DNA of 64,000 nucleotides from contig CAZSQZ010000009.1 of assembly GCA_964609215.1 (NCBI GenBank), forward strand, positions 16,394 to 80,393. The letters are read 5' to 3'. This document shows positions 9,951 through 20,501 of the stretch, piece after piece (position 1 is the stretch's first letter; every line of letters begins with the position of its first letter). This stretch comes from an uncultured Flavobacteriales bacterium (GTDB taxonomy: Bacteria; Bacteroidota; Bacteroidia; Flavobacteriales_D; JABDKJ01). Both the position numbers and the translations under genes were made by a program. The notes beneath the pieces are model-generated. The model saw nothing but the letters and a program-made list of their open reading frames with translations. It made no database searches and had not been told where the DNA came from.

Positions 9951-11323
9951 AAAGGATTTTAGTTCTTCTGTTTTGCTTTCATTTTATCCATTCATTTTCG
10001 CAGGATGATAATGATTCTTTGGTTGTAAGGTCAATTTTTGATGAGGCTTTGGTGAATGGAGAAGCCTATGATAATTTGAGATTCCTGTGTAAGAATATTG
10101 GAGCGCGTTTAAGCGGTTCAGACGCTTCTTACAAAGCCATTTATTGGGGTGAGAATTTGATGAAATCTTATGGTTTTGATAATGTGCAATTGCAGAAAGT
10201 AATGGTTCCTGTATGGAGAAGAGGATTACGCAATAGTCTTACTATTGAAGGTTTGGGAGAAGTTAATGTATTGGCACTTGGAGGATCTATTGGAACGAAT
10301 GGTCAATTGCAGGGAGAAATAGTTGAAGTAAAGAAGTTTGATCAGGCTAAAGAAATGGACCCATCTCTTTTCAAGGATAAAATTATTTTTTTTAATGAAG
10401 CCATGGATCCACGTTTCATAAGCACTTTTAGAGCGTATGGTTCTTGCTCTAGTCAGAGATATGCGGGAGCAAATGTTGCAGGAGAATTGGGAGCTAAAGC
10501 GGCTATTGTTCGTTCTTTAGGACTTTCTAAGGACAATTATCCTCATACAGGAAGTATGGGGTATATGGAAGGTGTAACCAAGGTTCCGGGTGCAGCAATC
10601 GGAACGGAAGATGCATTTAAACTGAGTCAGTTATTAAAAGACAAAAAGGTGGAAGTGAGTCTTGAATTGAGCTGTGTGCAGAAACCAGATACTTTATCTT
10701 ATAATGTAATGTGTGAGATTAAAGGGACTGAATACCCTGAGAAAATCATCCTCATCGGAGGTCATTTAGATAGTTGGGATGTCGGTGAAGGTGCTCATGA
10801 TGATGGGGCAGGAGTTGTGCAATCATTGGAAGTTTTAAGATTATTTAAGGCACTTGGAATAAAACCAAAACACACGATTAGATGTGTTTGGTTTATGAAT
10901 GAGGAGAATGGCAATAGAGGCGGAAAAGAATATGCCAAAATTGCTAAAGAAAATGGGCTTGAACATGTCGCGGCATTGGAAACGGATAGGGGCGGTTTTT
11001 CACCAAGGGGTTTCGACTATGATGGTGATGATGAGTTGCAATTTGAGAAATTTCAAAGTTGGAAAACCATACTTGAGCCTTATGGATTGCATCAATTTAG
11101 AAAAGGTTATTCCGGAGTAGATATTAGACCATTAAAGGATGGTAAAATTGCGCTATTTGGTTTGTCTCCTGATTCTCAAAGATATTTTAAATACCATCAT
11201 ACAGATGCAGATGTTTTTGAGGCGGTAGATGAAAGAGAATTACAGCTAGGAGCAGCTTCTATGGCTTCTTTAATTTATCTCATAGATAAATATGGTTTTC
11301 CTACTCCTCTGAAATTGGATTAG
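9947..11323 (+). CDS. M28 family aminopeptidase
   Basis: GGHLDSWDVGEGAHDDGAG metal-binding motif plus a signal peptide. Confidence 0.8.
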   Translation: MKRILVLLFCFHFIHSFSQDDNDSLVVRSIFDEALVNGEAYDNLRFLCKNIGARLSGSDASYKAIYWGENLMKSYGFDNVQLQKVMVPVWRRGLRNSLTIEGLGEVNVLALGGSIGTNGQLQGEIVEVKKFDQAKEMDPSLFKDKIIFFNEAMDPRFISTFRAYGSCSSQRYAGANVAGELGAKAAIVRSLGLSKDNYPHTGSMGYMEGVTKVPGAAIGTEDAFKLSQLLKDKKVEVSLELSCVQKPDTLSYNVMCEIKGTEYPEKIILIGGHLDSWDVGEGAHDDGAGVVQSLEVLRLFKALGIKPKHTIRCVWFMNEENGNRGGKEYAKIAKENGLEHVAALETDRGGFSPRGFDYDGDDELQFEKFQSWKTILEPYGLHQFRKGYSGVDIRPLKDGKIALFGLSPDSQRYFKYHHTDADVFEAVDERELQLGAASMASLIYLIDKYGFPTPLKLD

Positions 11324-11676
11324 TCAATACCAGTAAAAATTTTCTGAAAGGTTTCCCCTAAAATGGGAAGCAATTTATTTTTTCGGTTCATGGCATGAAC
11401 AAAGCCGATTAAGAGCAAAATTATTACAGACAACCACAATAAAATATTCACCAGCCAACCTAAGACTGGAATCATTTGAATCATATTTCCAACGAAGTAC
11501 ACAATTAGCATCGTGACATGCATACCTAAAGCCTGTCTCAGATGAAAAGAACTGAGTTTTGTTTTATTGTTTCCGTGTAAAATTATGGAAGCTAATAAAC
11601 CAACTATAGGAATATATCCTATAGCGGCAGCTAGCCTCCCAGAACCATCTTTTGTTTCTGAAGTGTCTTGTTCCAT
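11320..11676 (-). CDS. small integral membrane protein (DUF4870-like)
   Basis: Three predicted TM helices. No catalytic motif. Confidence 0.45.
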   Translation of the reverse strand: MEQDTSETKDGSGRLAAAIGYIPIVGLLASIILHGNNKTKLSSFHLRQALGMHVTMLIVYFVGNMIQMIPVLGWLVNILLWLSVIILLLIGFVHAMNRKNKLLPILGETFQKIFTGID

Positions 11677-11688
11677 TCACGCTAAAAT

Positions 11689-11721
11689 AAAAAAAAGGGG
11701 AACATAACATGTTCCCCTTTT
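11689..11721 (-). terminator. rho-independent terminator of the 11742..13343 gene
   Basis: GGGGAACA-taaca-TGTTCCCC, with an A8 run on the plus strand (a T-run on the minus strand). Confidence 0.7.
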
Positions 11722-11741
11722 CAACTAGTGTTTATTAGTGC

Positions 11742-13343
11742 TTATTTAAAAGCAATTCTCTTCGTAATAATTGCATTATTATTGAACCTTAGTTCCGCAA
11801 CATACATTCCACTTGCTAAGGCATCTTTATCCATTTGGAAAACGTTATTTTCAATCTTAACGTGAGCTTTAACCAATCTTCCGTTCAGATCATATACATA
11901 AACATCTTGGATAGGATACTCGCTATTGGTCGTAAACGTGATTTGATCAACTCCAGGATTTGGACCTACTTGTAATCCAACAAGTGATTCTGCTAACTCC
12001 TCTACTCCAACTGTAATACCTGAACCTTGCAAATCGCATCCTAAATCCAGAGTAATACATGCTCTTGGTGCATAATATCCAATAATTGTATCAATAAAAG
12101 TTCTGGCTTTTTCAGGTGTCATATCTGGGTTAAGAAATATACCAGTGGCATGATTAACGTTAGTCGCTGGATCCCAAAAATCCCATGGAGATGAATCGAA
12201 TTCAGCACCAGCAGGACGTGTAATTGGCATTAAACCATTTACAGCCATACCTGGCAATTGTGCAGAAGAAGCAGGTAGAGCACCTTCTAATTCATCCGCT
12301 CTTAGAGAAAATGGATCCACGAAATCATGTTCATACCATTCCGCATTATTCCCAAATGAATCCTGAATTCTTTGTACATCATAAGAACCTGAAACTTCTA
12401 CTACAGGTTCGTTTGTTGTAGGTACGATTAGTGTCGCAGTCTCGTAAGGAGCAAAAGGATCAGTAGGTGTTTGAATAGAGATAATAGGAGCATCTCCTGG
12501 ATCAAGCCAAGTTGAATCTCCCATAGCACCTCCTACATTTACACAAAGTTGAAAACTAGAATCGAAGCCAACATGGTTGGGATAACATAAAGTGTCTCCA
12601 GGCGGAAAAGCAGGAAAACCAGGTGGAACCACACCGAATGATGTGCCAAAAATATCTCCATTCACATCCTCAAGAACCATAGGAATAAATCCACCCATTC
12701 CATCTGGAATAAAGAATTTATTTAAAAGAACTTCTTCATATGCATGAAGTGAATTTGCGGCCAAGGAAATATATCCCCCTGTACCTTGCCCAAAAAGAAC
12801 AATTTTATTTGGATCTATTCCATGCGGATTTCCAAGTTCAGCAACCGTTCTTTTAAAATATCTGACTGCAGTTCTCGCATCTTGGACTCCTCTATAAGCA
12901 GCATTTATTAATGTTGCGGTTCGTCCAATTTGGGTTGTGTCTAGAGGGTTCCATCCTAATCTGTAGTCAATGCTTGCCACAACGTATCCCATTCTGGCAA
13001 GGCGGCTGCAAATTTCAACTGCCGTTGAATCAGTTCTTGTACCCGATACACTTCCGTTTTGTGGATGAGGAAGGAAATTTCCTGTGTGAGCGTAGATAAC
13101 CAAAGGTCTTTCAGTTTCTGTATCTCCTGCTGGCATATATAAATCAGCAACTAAAGGTTCCGGAATTGCCTCACCAACAACCCCCAATAATAAAACGGTA
13201 GCATTTACTCCATAAATCTCTGTTGTAACAGGTTCAATATCAGTGAAAATTTCATCGATATATCTTTCCGTTTGAGCATTGAGATTCATTGAGAATGCAA
13301 AACATGCTAATAAGCATAGTGTAAAAATTCTTCTCATAATCAT
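11742..13343 (-). CDS. secreted alpha/beta-hydrolase-fold protein with T9SS C-terminal sorting domain
   Basis: Signal peptide. Esterase-like core (IYAHTGNF…, FGQGTGG at the elbow position). C-terminus VGPNPGVDQITF…GMYVAELRFNN is T9SS-CTD-like. Confidence 0.6.
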   Translation of the reverse strand: MIMRRIFTLCLLACFAFSMNLNAQTERYIDEIFTDIEPVTTEIYGVNATVLLLGVVGEAIPEPLVADLYMPAGDTETERPLVIYAHTGNFLPHPQNGSVSGTRTDSTAVEICSRLARMGYVVASIDYRLGWNPLDTTQIGRTATLINAAYRGVQDARTAVRYFKRTVAELGNPHGIDPNKIVLFGQGTGGYISLAANSLHAYEEVLLNKFFIPDGMGGFIPMVLEDVNGDIFGTSFGVVPPGFPAFPPGDTLCYPNHVGFDSSFQLCVNVGGAMGDSTWLDPGDAPIISIQTPTDPFAPYETATLIVPTTNEPVVEVSGSYDVQRIQDSFGNNAEWYEHDFVDPFSLRADELEGALPASSAQLPGMAVNGLMPITRPAGAEFDSSPWDFWDPATNVNHATGIFLNPDMTPEKARTFIDTIIGYYAPRACITLDLGCDLQGSGITVGVEELAESLVGLQVGPNPGVDQITFTTNSEYPIQDVYVYDLNGRLVKAHVKIENNVFQMDKDALASGMYVAELRFNNNAIITKRIAFK

Positions 13344-13375
13344 AGCTAATAAAAATTAATAAGTCCTAAATCTAG

Positions 13376-16201
13376 TTATTTTTTTCGGAGCTCATAAGAA
13401 ATAGAAAAATAGGCCAATCTGCCTATTCTTGGACCCCCATAAGTCTGAAATTGTCTATTGTTTAAAATATTTGTAGCACCTAATTTAAATGTGCTTTTCA
13501 ATTTTTTTGCTTTATAATTGACTTGTGCGTCCACCAAATCATAGGTTGGAATGAATCCTGTGAATTGTGGAGAGCCTTCAAAAAGAAAGCCTTCTATCCA
13601 TTTATAGTTTACATTGAAGCCAAAACTTTTTATTTCTTTATTGCCTATTTTCAGAGGGATATCTCTTCCACTAACTCCAATATTGTACTTGTGCTCTGGA
13701 GTATTAAAAGCTGGAATAATGGGATCATCATCAAAGGATTTGTTTAGCTTGTTCCAGGAATAATTACCATTGATACTATAATACTTTCTGAAATAGTAAT
13801 TCCAACCTATGGAAAATCCTTGGGTCGTAACTTGGTTTTCAGAATTGGCAGAGTACCGGAATACTTGAAGCTCATCAATTAAGGAAGTAACAGGATCTAG
13901 TTCTAAATCTATACCAATGTTAAAGCCCAGAAAGTCATCGTAGATACTGTAATAATAACCTGCGTCTAGATAAAGATTGTTATTAATAGTTGTTCGATAA
14001 CCCAACTCAAAAGTCTTAACTCTTTCCGGTTGAATAGGATCGATGCTAAAATATTCGAGATCATCTGAAAGCTGACTTCCCCTGAAGGCCTGAAAGGAAT
14101 CAAGTGTTACCAAACTATCCACACCATTTAGATTTCCAGATAAAATAGCTGGCCCAACATTTAGAAATTGGAATTGATCCGTTAAAGTAGGGTTCCTAAG
14201 TGCAGATGAGAAAGAGAAACGTATAAAGTTATTCGCTCTCGGCTTCCAGACAAAGGAAACTGCGGGAGTGAAAATTGCGTTAAAGTTCTCATTCTTATCC
14301 ATCCGTATTGTGGCATTCATAGTAACTCTATCATCAGCCAGCTTTTTCTCAATTCCTGAGTAAATTCCAAATTCTGAATTAGTAATTCGAATTCCTGCAG
14401 TATCAGAAAAGATGGTCCCATCTGATAATGGTCGATATATTCTTCCATTTGCTCCAACTGTCAATTCTTCTGTCCATTCTGGATTGAAAGTGTATTCCCC
14501 TTGAATATGAAATAGTTTAGATTTATCATAAAACATGGTTCCTCCTTCACGCTCATTATTCCTTAAGGAACGAATTCGATTAAACTCGGCCTGAAACTCT
14601 GGTGAACTTGGATCGAGAAGCACACTGTTTCCTGATCCAAAACCTGAGTTTACAGTGTCTGCTGTGATTGCATGAAATTGACTAAGAATATCTTGATTGT
14701 CAATTAACCATTGATTTGCAGCTGCAATTGAGTCAGGGTCAAAGAAAGAGATAAAATCAGGTGGAGGACCAATAATGAAATCGTCACTAAGATCAACATA
14801 GCCAGCATCCAACATCTGTGCGAAGATGTTATTCTTCCAGAAATTTGTGTAAGCACCTATCCAAGAACTCAATTCACCAGTTTGTTCTTGAAGCCTGAGT
14901 GCAGTTGCAAAGGGGTCATAGGATGAACCGGCATCTTCAGCCGTTATATAAGCCCGAACAAAATACTTATCCGTTTTCCGCAATTCTATTTTGTTCTGAA
15001 AAAATAAAATATCCTCCAATCTAAATCTGTTATCACCTTGATAAATGGTTGTTCCAGTTCCCACATTTCCTCCAACAATTAATTCCGGAGATTGCAATTC
15101 CATATCTGGCTTTAGTCTAAAATGGAATGCCAAGTTGGCTTTTAGATTTTCGGTGTCATAGTCAACAAGATCTATTTCTCTATACCCTGTTCGGTAAAAT
15201 CGACCTAAGCCAGCTTCATTCAAAACTGGAGATTCAGCAAAATTCGCAAAGGTTTCATCTCCATATATATTAACCGCATCAAAACCACCCGGATTTGATG
15301 CAGTAACTGGAGAGCCATCAACAGGATCGAAGTTTTCCGCTTCCCAATCATCGGCTGTTAAGTAGGAAATATTAAACTTATATGCCATAAACGGAAGCTC
15401 TTCATTATTATTAAAAACATCCGCCCAACGAACAGAAACTTCCGTTAAAGCTCTTTCACCTACTTTCAAACTTGCAGATAATCCTTCATGAAGAAATGGA
15501 CTTTTATTATCGATATTAATAACTCCGTTAAACGCATTTGGACCATAAAACGCAGAGCTTGCTCCAGAAATAATTTCTACTTTTTGTACATCTAGCTCGG
15601 GTGAACCTAGAAAATTTCCTAAAGAAAAATTTAATCCCGGAGCTTGATTATCCACTCCGTCAATAAGCTGCAGAGATCGAACAGGACTAGTGCTATTGAA
15701 GCCTCTGGTATTAATTACTTTAAATCCTAGACTAGCGGCAGTTAAGTCCACTCCTTTTAAATTTCCAAGTCCATCATAAAAATTATCTGCTGGTGTTTCC
15801 TTTATCGCAATCAAATCCATTGCTTCAACGGTTAATGGTCTAGATTTTTGTTTTTCTGAAATTCTTTGACCTACTATTTCAACTGATCCAATATCAATGG
15901 CTTCTGAATCTAGAAATATTTCAATCTTTTGATTTTCGCTAGTTACTTCAACCTCTTTGGTTAAATAACCTATAAACTGAACAACCAGAGTTAAAGGTAA
16001 ATCACCTTTAGTTTTAAATTGAAATGCACCATCAATATCTGTTACAGCGCCATTGGTAGTTCCTTTTTCTACAACTGTTGCTCCAATTAGTGATTCATCT
16101 AATGATTTATCTTTTACAACACCTTTAACAGTAGTTTGACCCAAAAGATTGGTACTGAGAAAAATAATAAAAGAACAAATAACACACACTTTTCCGTTCA
16201 T
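13376..16201 (-). CDS. TonB-dependent receptor with N-terminal carboxypeptidase-regulatory-like domain
   Basis: N-terminus VKGVVKD…GATV matches CarbopepD_reg. A plug region follows. Long beta-barrel with a C-terminal …YFSISYELRKK. Confidence 0.8.
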   Translation of the reverse strand: MNGKVCVICSFIIFLSTNLLGQTTVKGVVKDKSLDESLIGATVVEKGTTNGAVTDIDGAFQFKTKGDLPLTLVVQFIGYLTKEVEVTSENQKIEIFLDSEAIDIGSVEIVGQRISEKQKSRPLTVEAMDLIAIKETPADNFYDGLGNLKGVDLTAASLGFKVINTRGFNSTSPVRSLQLIDGVDNQAPGLNFSLGNFLGSPELDVQKVEIISGASSAFYGPNAFNGVINIDNKSPFLHEGLSASLKVGERALTEVSVRWADVFNNNEELPFMAYKFNISYLTADDWEAENFDPVDGSPVTASNPGGFDAVNIYGDETFANFAESPVLNEAGLGRFYRTGYREIDLVDYDTENLKANLAFHFRLKPDMELQSPELIVGGNVGTGTTIYQGDNRFRLEDILFFQNKIELRKTDKYFVRAYITAEDAGSSYDPFATALRLQEQTGELSSWIGAYTNFWKNNIFAQMLDAGYVDLSDDFIIGPPPDFISFFDPDSIAAANQWLIDNQDILSQFHAITADTVNSGFGSGNSVLLDPSSPEFQAEFNRIRSLRNNEREGGTMFYDKSKLFHIQGEYTFNPEWTEELTVGANGRIYRPLSDGTIFSDTAGIRITNSEFGIYSGIEKKLADDRVTMNATIRMDKNENFNAIFTPAVSFVWKPRANNFIRFSFSSALRNPTLTDQFQFLNVGPAILSGNLNGVDSLVTLDSFQAFRGSQLSDDLEYFSIDPIQPERVKTFELGYRTTINNNLYLDAGYYYSIYDDFLGFNIGIDLELDPVTSLIDELQVFRYSANSENQVTTQGFSIGWNYYFRKYYSINGNYSWNKLNKSFDDDPIIPAFNTPEHKYNIGVSGRDIPLKIGNKEIKSFGFNVNYKWIEGFLFEGSPQFTGFIPTYDLVDAQVNYKAKKLKSTFKLGATNILNNRQFQTYGGPRIGRLAYFSISYELRKK

Positions 16202-16242
16202 ACAATAGATTATTAAGTTGTAGAATAGTCTTCTGTTTGAAT

Positions 16243-16725
16243 TTACCGAATTCTATCCAATGATTTTATCAGATTTTCATCTTTTTTGATAGAACGACTT
16301 GCCAAAATCAAAAATGGCAATGCTGCCACAGCTAGATAAAGTCCAATTTTATAGGTGGTTTGTGCGTTAGATCCTAAGTTTTCATTAAATGAATCTGCGG
16401 AGTAAAACAAGTAGACTATCAACCCAAGACTAAGGAGGGTATTCAAATAATTTAGTTTGATCTGAACTCCTCTTTTCTTGAAGAATAGAATGGCTATGAT
16501 AATACAAGCAACTGTTATTGTAAGCCATAAATATACAGGAAAGATAGGTTGATATCCACTCATTTCGTTCATCGAACTGGAATTAGTAGAACTATAAACA
16601 AACCCATTTTCGTTAAATTCGTACACTATAGCATCTCTACTGATTTCAGCAATGGGAAAGAAAAAAATCAACCCTAGTAAAATTGCTGCTAGCAATAGAT
16701 AAACAGTTTGAATCCTTTGAATCAT
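16243..16725 (-). CDS. membrane protein (DUF4293-like)
   Basis: MIQRIQTVYLLLA start and four TM helices, a pattern common next to rho in Bacteroidota. Confidence 0.5.
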   Translation of the reverse strand: MIQRIQTVYLLLAAILLGLIFFFPIAEISRDAIVYEFNENGFVYSSTNSSSMNEMSGYQPIFPVYLWLTITVACIIIAILFFKKRGVQIKLNYLNTLLSLGLIVYLFYSADSFNENLGSNAQTTYKIGLYLAVAALPFLILASRSIKKDENLIKSLDRIR

Positions 16726-16903
16726 AAAATCTCGAAAATTATTTTCAAGACGAAATTAATGGAATTTCGAAAATAATGGCAGAATTATAATACTGAATAA
16801 ATAATTCGTATAATTGCATCGGAAACGCAATCGCGATTTCATTTTTTCCTTATTACGTATTCATTCTGAATCAATCAATAACAAATTATCAAATTAAATT
16901 TTC

Positions 16904-18481
16904 ATGTACGACATTATTGAATTAAACTCTAAAAAGGTTGCTGAGCTTAGAGAAGTTGCAAAGGAGTTAAATATCAAAAAAGCAGAATCGCTTAAAAAAC
17001 AAGACCTTATTTATAAAATACTAGATGAACAAGCTGTAAACCCTTCTGCGATTGCTGTAAAGGAAGCAGCTGAGCCGAAGTCTGAAGCAAAAAAGACTGA
17101 GAAAAAAGAAAGAAAACCTAGAGCTGAGAAAAAGCCAAGAGAAAAAAAGGAAGATCAAGTAAAGGCAGATTTTAAAGAAGAACCAAAGGATGGTGATGCT
17201 CAAGTTAGTTCGGATAATGATTCAAATACTGAATCTAAATCTGAAGTAAAAACCGATCGAAGAAATGGCGATAGGAGAAATGGCGATAGAAGAGGAGACA
17301 GAAATGGCGACTCAAGAAGAAGAGAACATTCGAATAGAGGAAAAGCTGATGAACACGGTTATAATTTTGATGGAATAATTAATCAGGAAGGTGTTTTGGA
17401 AATTATGCCTGATGGTTATGGATTCTTAAGATCTTCCGACTACAATTATTTAAATTCTCCAGATGATGTTTACGTATCTCAATCGCAAATTAAATTGTTT
17501 GGACTGAAGACTGGGGATACTGTTGTTGGAGCTATCAGACCACCAAAAGAAGGTGAAAAGTATTTTCCATTAATTAAAGTAGATAGTATTAATGGTAGAG
17601 ATCCTTCTTTCGTAAGAGATAGAGTGCCGTTCAAATATTTGACTCCCTTATTTCCCGATCAGAAATTAAATCTTGCTGGAAATAATAAGAATATATCTAC
17701 CCGAATTATGGATTTGTTCTCTCCAATAGGAAAAGGGCAAAGGGGAATGATTGTGGCGCAACCGAAAACTGGTAAAACTGTATTGTTAAAAGATGTTGCC
17801 AATGCAATTGCAGAAAATCATCCAGAGGTTTACTTAATCATTCTTTTGATTGATGAAAGACCAGAAGAGGTAACAGATATGGCAAGAAGCGTAAAAGCGG
17901 AGGTCGTGGCATCCACTTTTGATGAGCCAGCCGACAGACATGTTAAGATCGCAAACATCGTTCTTGAAAAAGCAAAAAGAATGGTTGAGTGCGGACATGA
18001 TGTGTGTATTCTTTTAGATTCTATTACCCGTCTGGCAAGAGCATACAATACCGTTTCTCCGGCTTCTGGAAAAGTATTAACCGGTGGTGTGGATGCAAAC
18101 GCTCTTCAAAGACCTAAGTCTTTCTTTGGTGCAGCGAGAAAAATTGAAAACGGTGGTTCATTAACCATTCTTGCTACTGCACTCACAGAAACAGGTTCTA
18201 AAATGGATGAGGTGATTTTCGAGGAATTCAAAGGAACGGGTAATATGGAATTACAATTGGATAGAAAGCTCGCGAATAGAAGAGTTTTCCCATCAATTGA
18301 TATTCCTGCATCTGGAACAAGGCGAGAAGATCTATTAATGGATAAGGATTCGTTACAACGTGTTTGGATTTTAAGAAAACACCTAGGAGATATGAATTCC
18401 GTTGAAGCAATGGAGTTTATCAAACAAAGAATTATGGGGACCCAAAACAATGAGGAGTTCTTAATTTCGATGAACGGATAA
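16904..18481 (+). CDS. rho: transcription termination factor Rho with N-terminal low-complexity insertion
   Basis: Rho N-terminal helix bundle ([19 protein letters not shown]), the RNA-binding [14 protein letters not shown], Walker A AQPKTGKT, and C-terminal RecA-type motifs. A ~100-aa K/E/R/D-rich insert lies at aa ~53-152. Confidence 0.95.
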   Translation: MYDIIELNSKKVAELREVAKELNIKKAESLKKQDLIYKILDEQAVNPSAIAVKEAAEPKSEAKKTEKKERKPRAEKKPREKKEDQVKADFKEEPKDGDAQVSSDNDSNTESKSEVKTDRRNGDRRNGDRRGDRNGDSRRREHSNRGKADEHGYNFDGIINQEGVLEIMPDGYGFLRSSDYNYLNSPDDVYVSQSQIKLFGLKTGDTVVGAIRPPKEGEKYFPLIKVDSINGRDPSFVRDRVPFKYLTPLFPDQKLNLAGNNKNISTRIMDLFSPIGKGQRGMIVAQPKTGKTVLLKDVANAIAENHPEVYLIILLIDERPEEVTDMARSVKAEVVASTFDEPADRHVKIANIVLEKAKRMVECGHDVCILLDSITRLARAYNTVSPASGKVLTGGVDANALQRPKSFFGAARKIENGGSLTILATALTETGSKMDEVIFEEFKGTGNMELQLDRKLANRRVFPSIDIPASGTRREDLLMDKDSLQRVWILRKHLGDMNSVEAMEFIKQRIMGTQNNEEFLISMNG

Positions 18482-18502
18482 TTCCAAAATAAAATTTAAT
18501 CA

Positions 18503-18535
18503 AGCCTGATTCCTTTTGGTCTCAGGCTTTTTTTA
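18503..18535 (+). terminator. rho-independent terminator after rho
   Basis: AGCCTGA-12 nt-TCAGGCT followed by T7. Confidence 0.75.
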
Positions 18536-18545
18536 TTTTCGAACC

Positions 18546-19085
18546 ATGGAGCGAAAAAACTTTCCATTGCTGTTAGCTTTGGTTTGGCTTTTGATTAAGT
18601 CGGGAATCAAGTTTACAGATTTCTATGATCAATCCATTATTATTGGAATAGGTTTAAATCTATTGATTTTACCTTTTATAGTTCTATTTGCTATAAAACC
18701 ATATTTTAATGAGAAAGGACATAGCGGAATTTTTATAGCTAAAGAAGGGATGAAATCTGGAGCGATTTATGCAATTTGTGTAACCTTCGGAATTTTTATT
18801 TACTACAGTTTTTTAGATCCCACATTTGCAGAAAATATTGAGGAACAAAGAATAGAAGCAATAACATCGGAAATTGAAAATGCTGGTGGAATAGAAGCTT
18901 TTAGAGAACTTTATCCTGCTGTTGGAGATAAAACAGCAGAAGAGCTGATAGAGGAGGAGAAGGCGGTTTACGAGAATTTAACAGCATTCAAGTTAACTAC
19001 ATTCTCACTTCTTTGTTTAATGATTCTAGCTATCTTTTATTCCTTTTTAATGGCCATACTTTTTAAAGTACTAAACCGGTCTTAG
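18546..19085 (+). CDS. membrane protein (DUF4199-like)
   Basis: The ATG at 18546 (MERKNF…) lies just past the rho terminator, whereas the ORF-track start 18516 lies inside it. Four TM helices. Confidence 0.5.
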   Translation: MERKNFPLLLALVWLLIKSGIKFTDFYDQSIIIGIGLNLLILPFIVLFAIKPYFNEKGHSGIFIAKEGMKSGAIYAICVTFGIFIYYSFLDPTFAENIEEQRIEAITSEIENAGGIEAFRELYPAVGDKTAEELIEEEKAVYENLTAFKLTTFSLLCLMILAIFYSFLMAILFKVLNRS

Positions 19086-20442
19086 CTGCCAATTCCTTTG
19101 AATATTCATCAATATTAATTCCTCCATAGTTTCCGCTGCTCATCAAAAGCAAATTTGTATTCCTCAACTCCGTATTCTCTAATATCTCCCTAACCTGCTC
19201 GGTACAAATTACTACTTCCAAATTTTCTTTTTTAAACGCTTCTTTTATTTGCTCTATGCTTATATCATCTAGTTTTTTATGCTTAACAACATCTGGATTA
19301 AAATAGACAATTGCTCTGTCAGCAGCGTCCATTGAAGAATTATATTCCTTCAGAAAATCAGCATTTAAACTGCTGAATGTATGCAGCTCCATGCAGGCAA
19401 CCAATGTTCTGTTTGGCCATTGTTTTTTCACAGCGTTGGTTGTTGCTTTCAGTTTAGAAGGAGAGTGTGCAAAGTCCTTGAAAATTCTGAAATCCGGGCC
19501 TTCAGCCATGGTTTCCAATCTTCTAGCTGCGCCTTTAAATGTTTGAATAGCTTCATAAAACATCTTAGAGCTGATTCCAATTTTTTCACAGACCAGTCTT
19601 GCACCATTTAAATTTTGCAAATTATGATCTCCAAAAATGAGAATAGGATAAAAGCTCTCGTCATTTTCAAGAATACTTAATCCATTTTCGATATAGTGTG
19701 GATGAACAGTATAAGGCAGAATTTCAATGTTTTGGGCGTTGAGAGCGATCTCATGGAGATTTTTATCTTCTCGATAGTAAATGAGCGCGCCATTTTCTTC
19801 TATGCTATCAGCGAAAATTGAAAACTGCTCAACATAATTTTTAAATTTGGGAAAGACGTTTATATGATCCCATGCTATTCCGCTTACCAATGCAACATGC
19901 GGCTTGTACCAATGGAACTTTGGTCTTCGGTCAATAGGTGAACTCAAGTACTCATCTCCTTCCAGAATTATGATTGGAGCATCCGATAGTTTTACCATGC
20001 AGTCAAAACCCTCTAATTGTGCACCTACCATATAATCATTTTCGATGCCATGAAAATTCAAAATGTGCAGAATCATTGAAGTAATAGAGGTTTTACCATG
20101 ACTACCTCCAATAACAACCCTTGTTTTATTCTTGCTTTGCTCGAAAATATATTCAGGGTAAGAGTAGATTTTTAAACCTAGTTCTTGCGCTTTAATTAAT
20201 TCCGGATTATCAATCCGCGCATGCATCCCCAAAATAATGACATCAATTTCGTCATTTATATTTTCAGGATGCCAACCCATTTTATTGGGTAAAAGACCGT
20301 GTTTTTCTAGTCGGGATTTTGAAGGATCAAAAATTTGATCATCAGAACCGGTAACCTTATAACCTTTAAGATGTAATGCAATAGCCATGTTATGCATTGC
20401 AGCTCCTCCTATAGCAATTAGATGGATTCTCATAGTTCTCAA
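19063..20442 (-). CDS. mpl: UDP-N-acetylmuramate:L-alanyl-gamma-D-glutamyl-meso-DAP ligase (Mur ligase family, Mpl-type)
   Basis: N-terminus IHLIAIGGAAMHNMAIALHLKGYKVTGSDD and the Mur-ligase P-loop GGSHGKTS. Confidence 0.75.
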   Translation of the reverse strand: MRTMRIHLIAIGGAAMHNMAIALHLKGYKVTGSDDQIFDPSKSRLEKHGLLPNKMGWHPENINDEIDVIILGMHARIDNPELIKAQELGLKIYSYPEYIFEQSKNKTRVVIGGSHGKTSITSMILHILNFHGIENDYMVGAQLEGFDCMVKLSDAPIIILEGDEYLSSPIDRRPKFHWYKPHVALVSGIAWDHINVFPKFKNYVEQFSIFADSIEENGALIYYREDKNLHEIALNAQNIEILPYTVHPHYIENGLSILENDESFYPILIFGDHNLQNLNGARLVCEKIGISSKMFYEAIQTFKGAARRLETMAEGPDFRIFKDFAHSPSKLKATTNAVKKQWPNRTLVACMELHTFSSLNADFLKEYNSSMDAADRAIVYFNPDVVKHKKLDDISIEQIKEAFKKENLEVVICTEQVREILENTELRNTNLLLMSSGNYGGINIDEYSKELAAKTGLVL

Positions 20443-20501
20443 TAATACTTAAATTCAAAAGTGCATATTTGCAGAACGCGTAGAATTATTAACTGAGAAC
20501 A

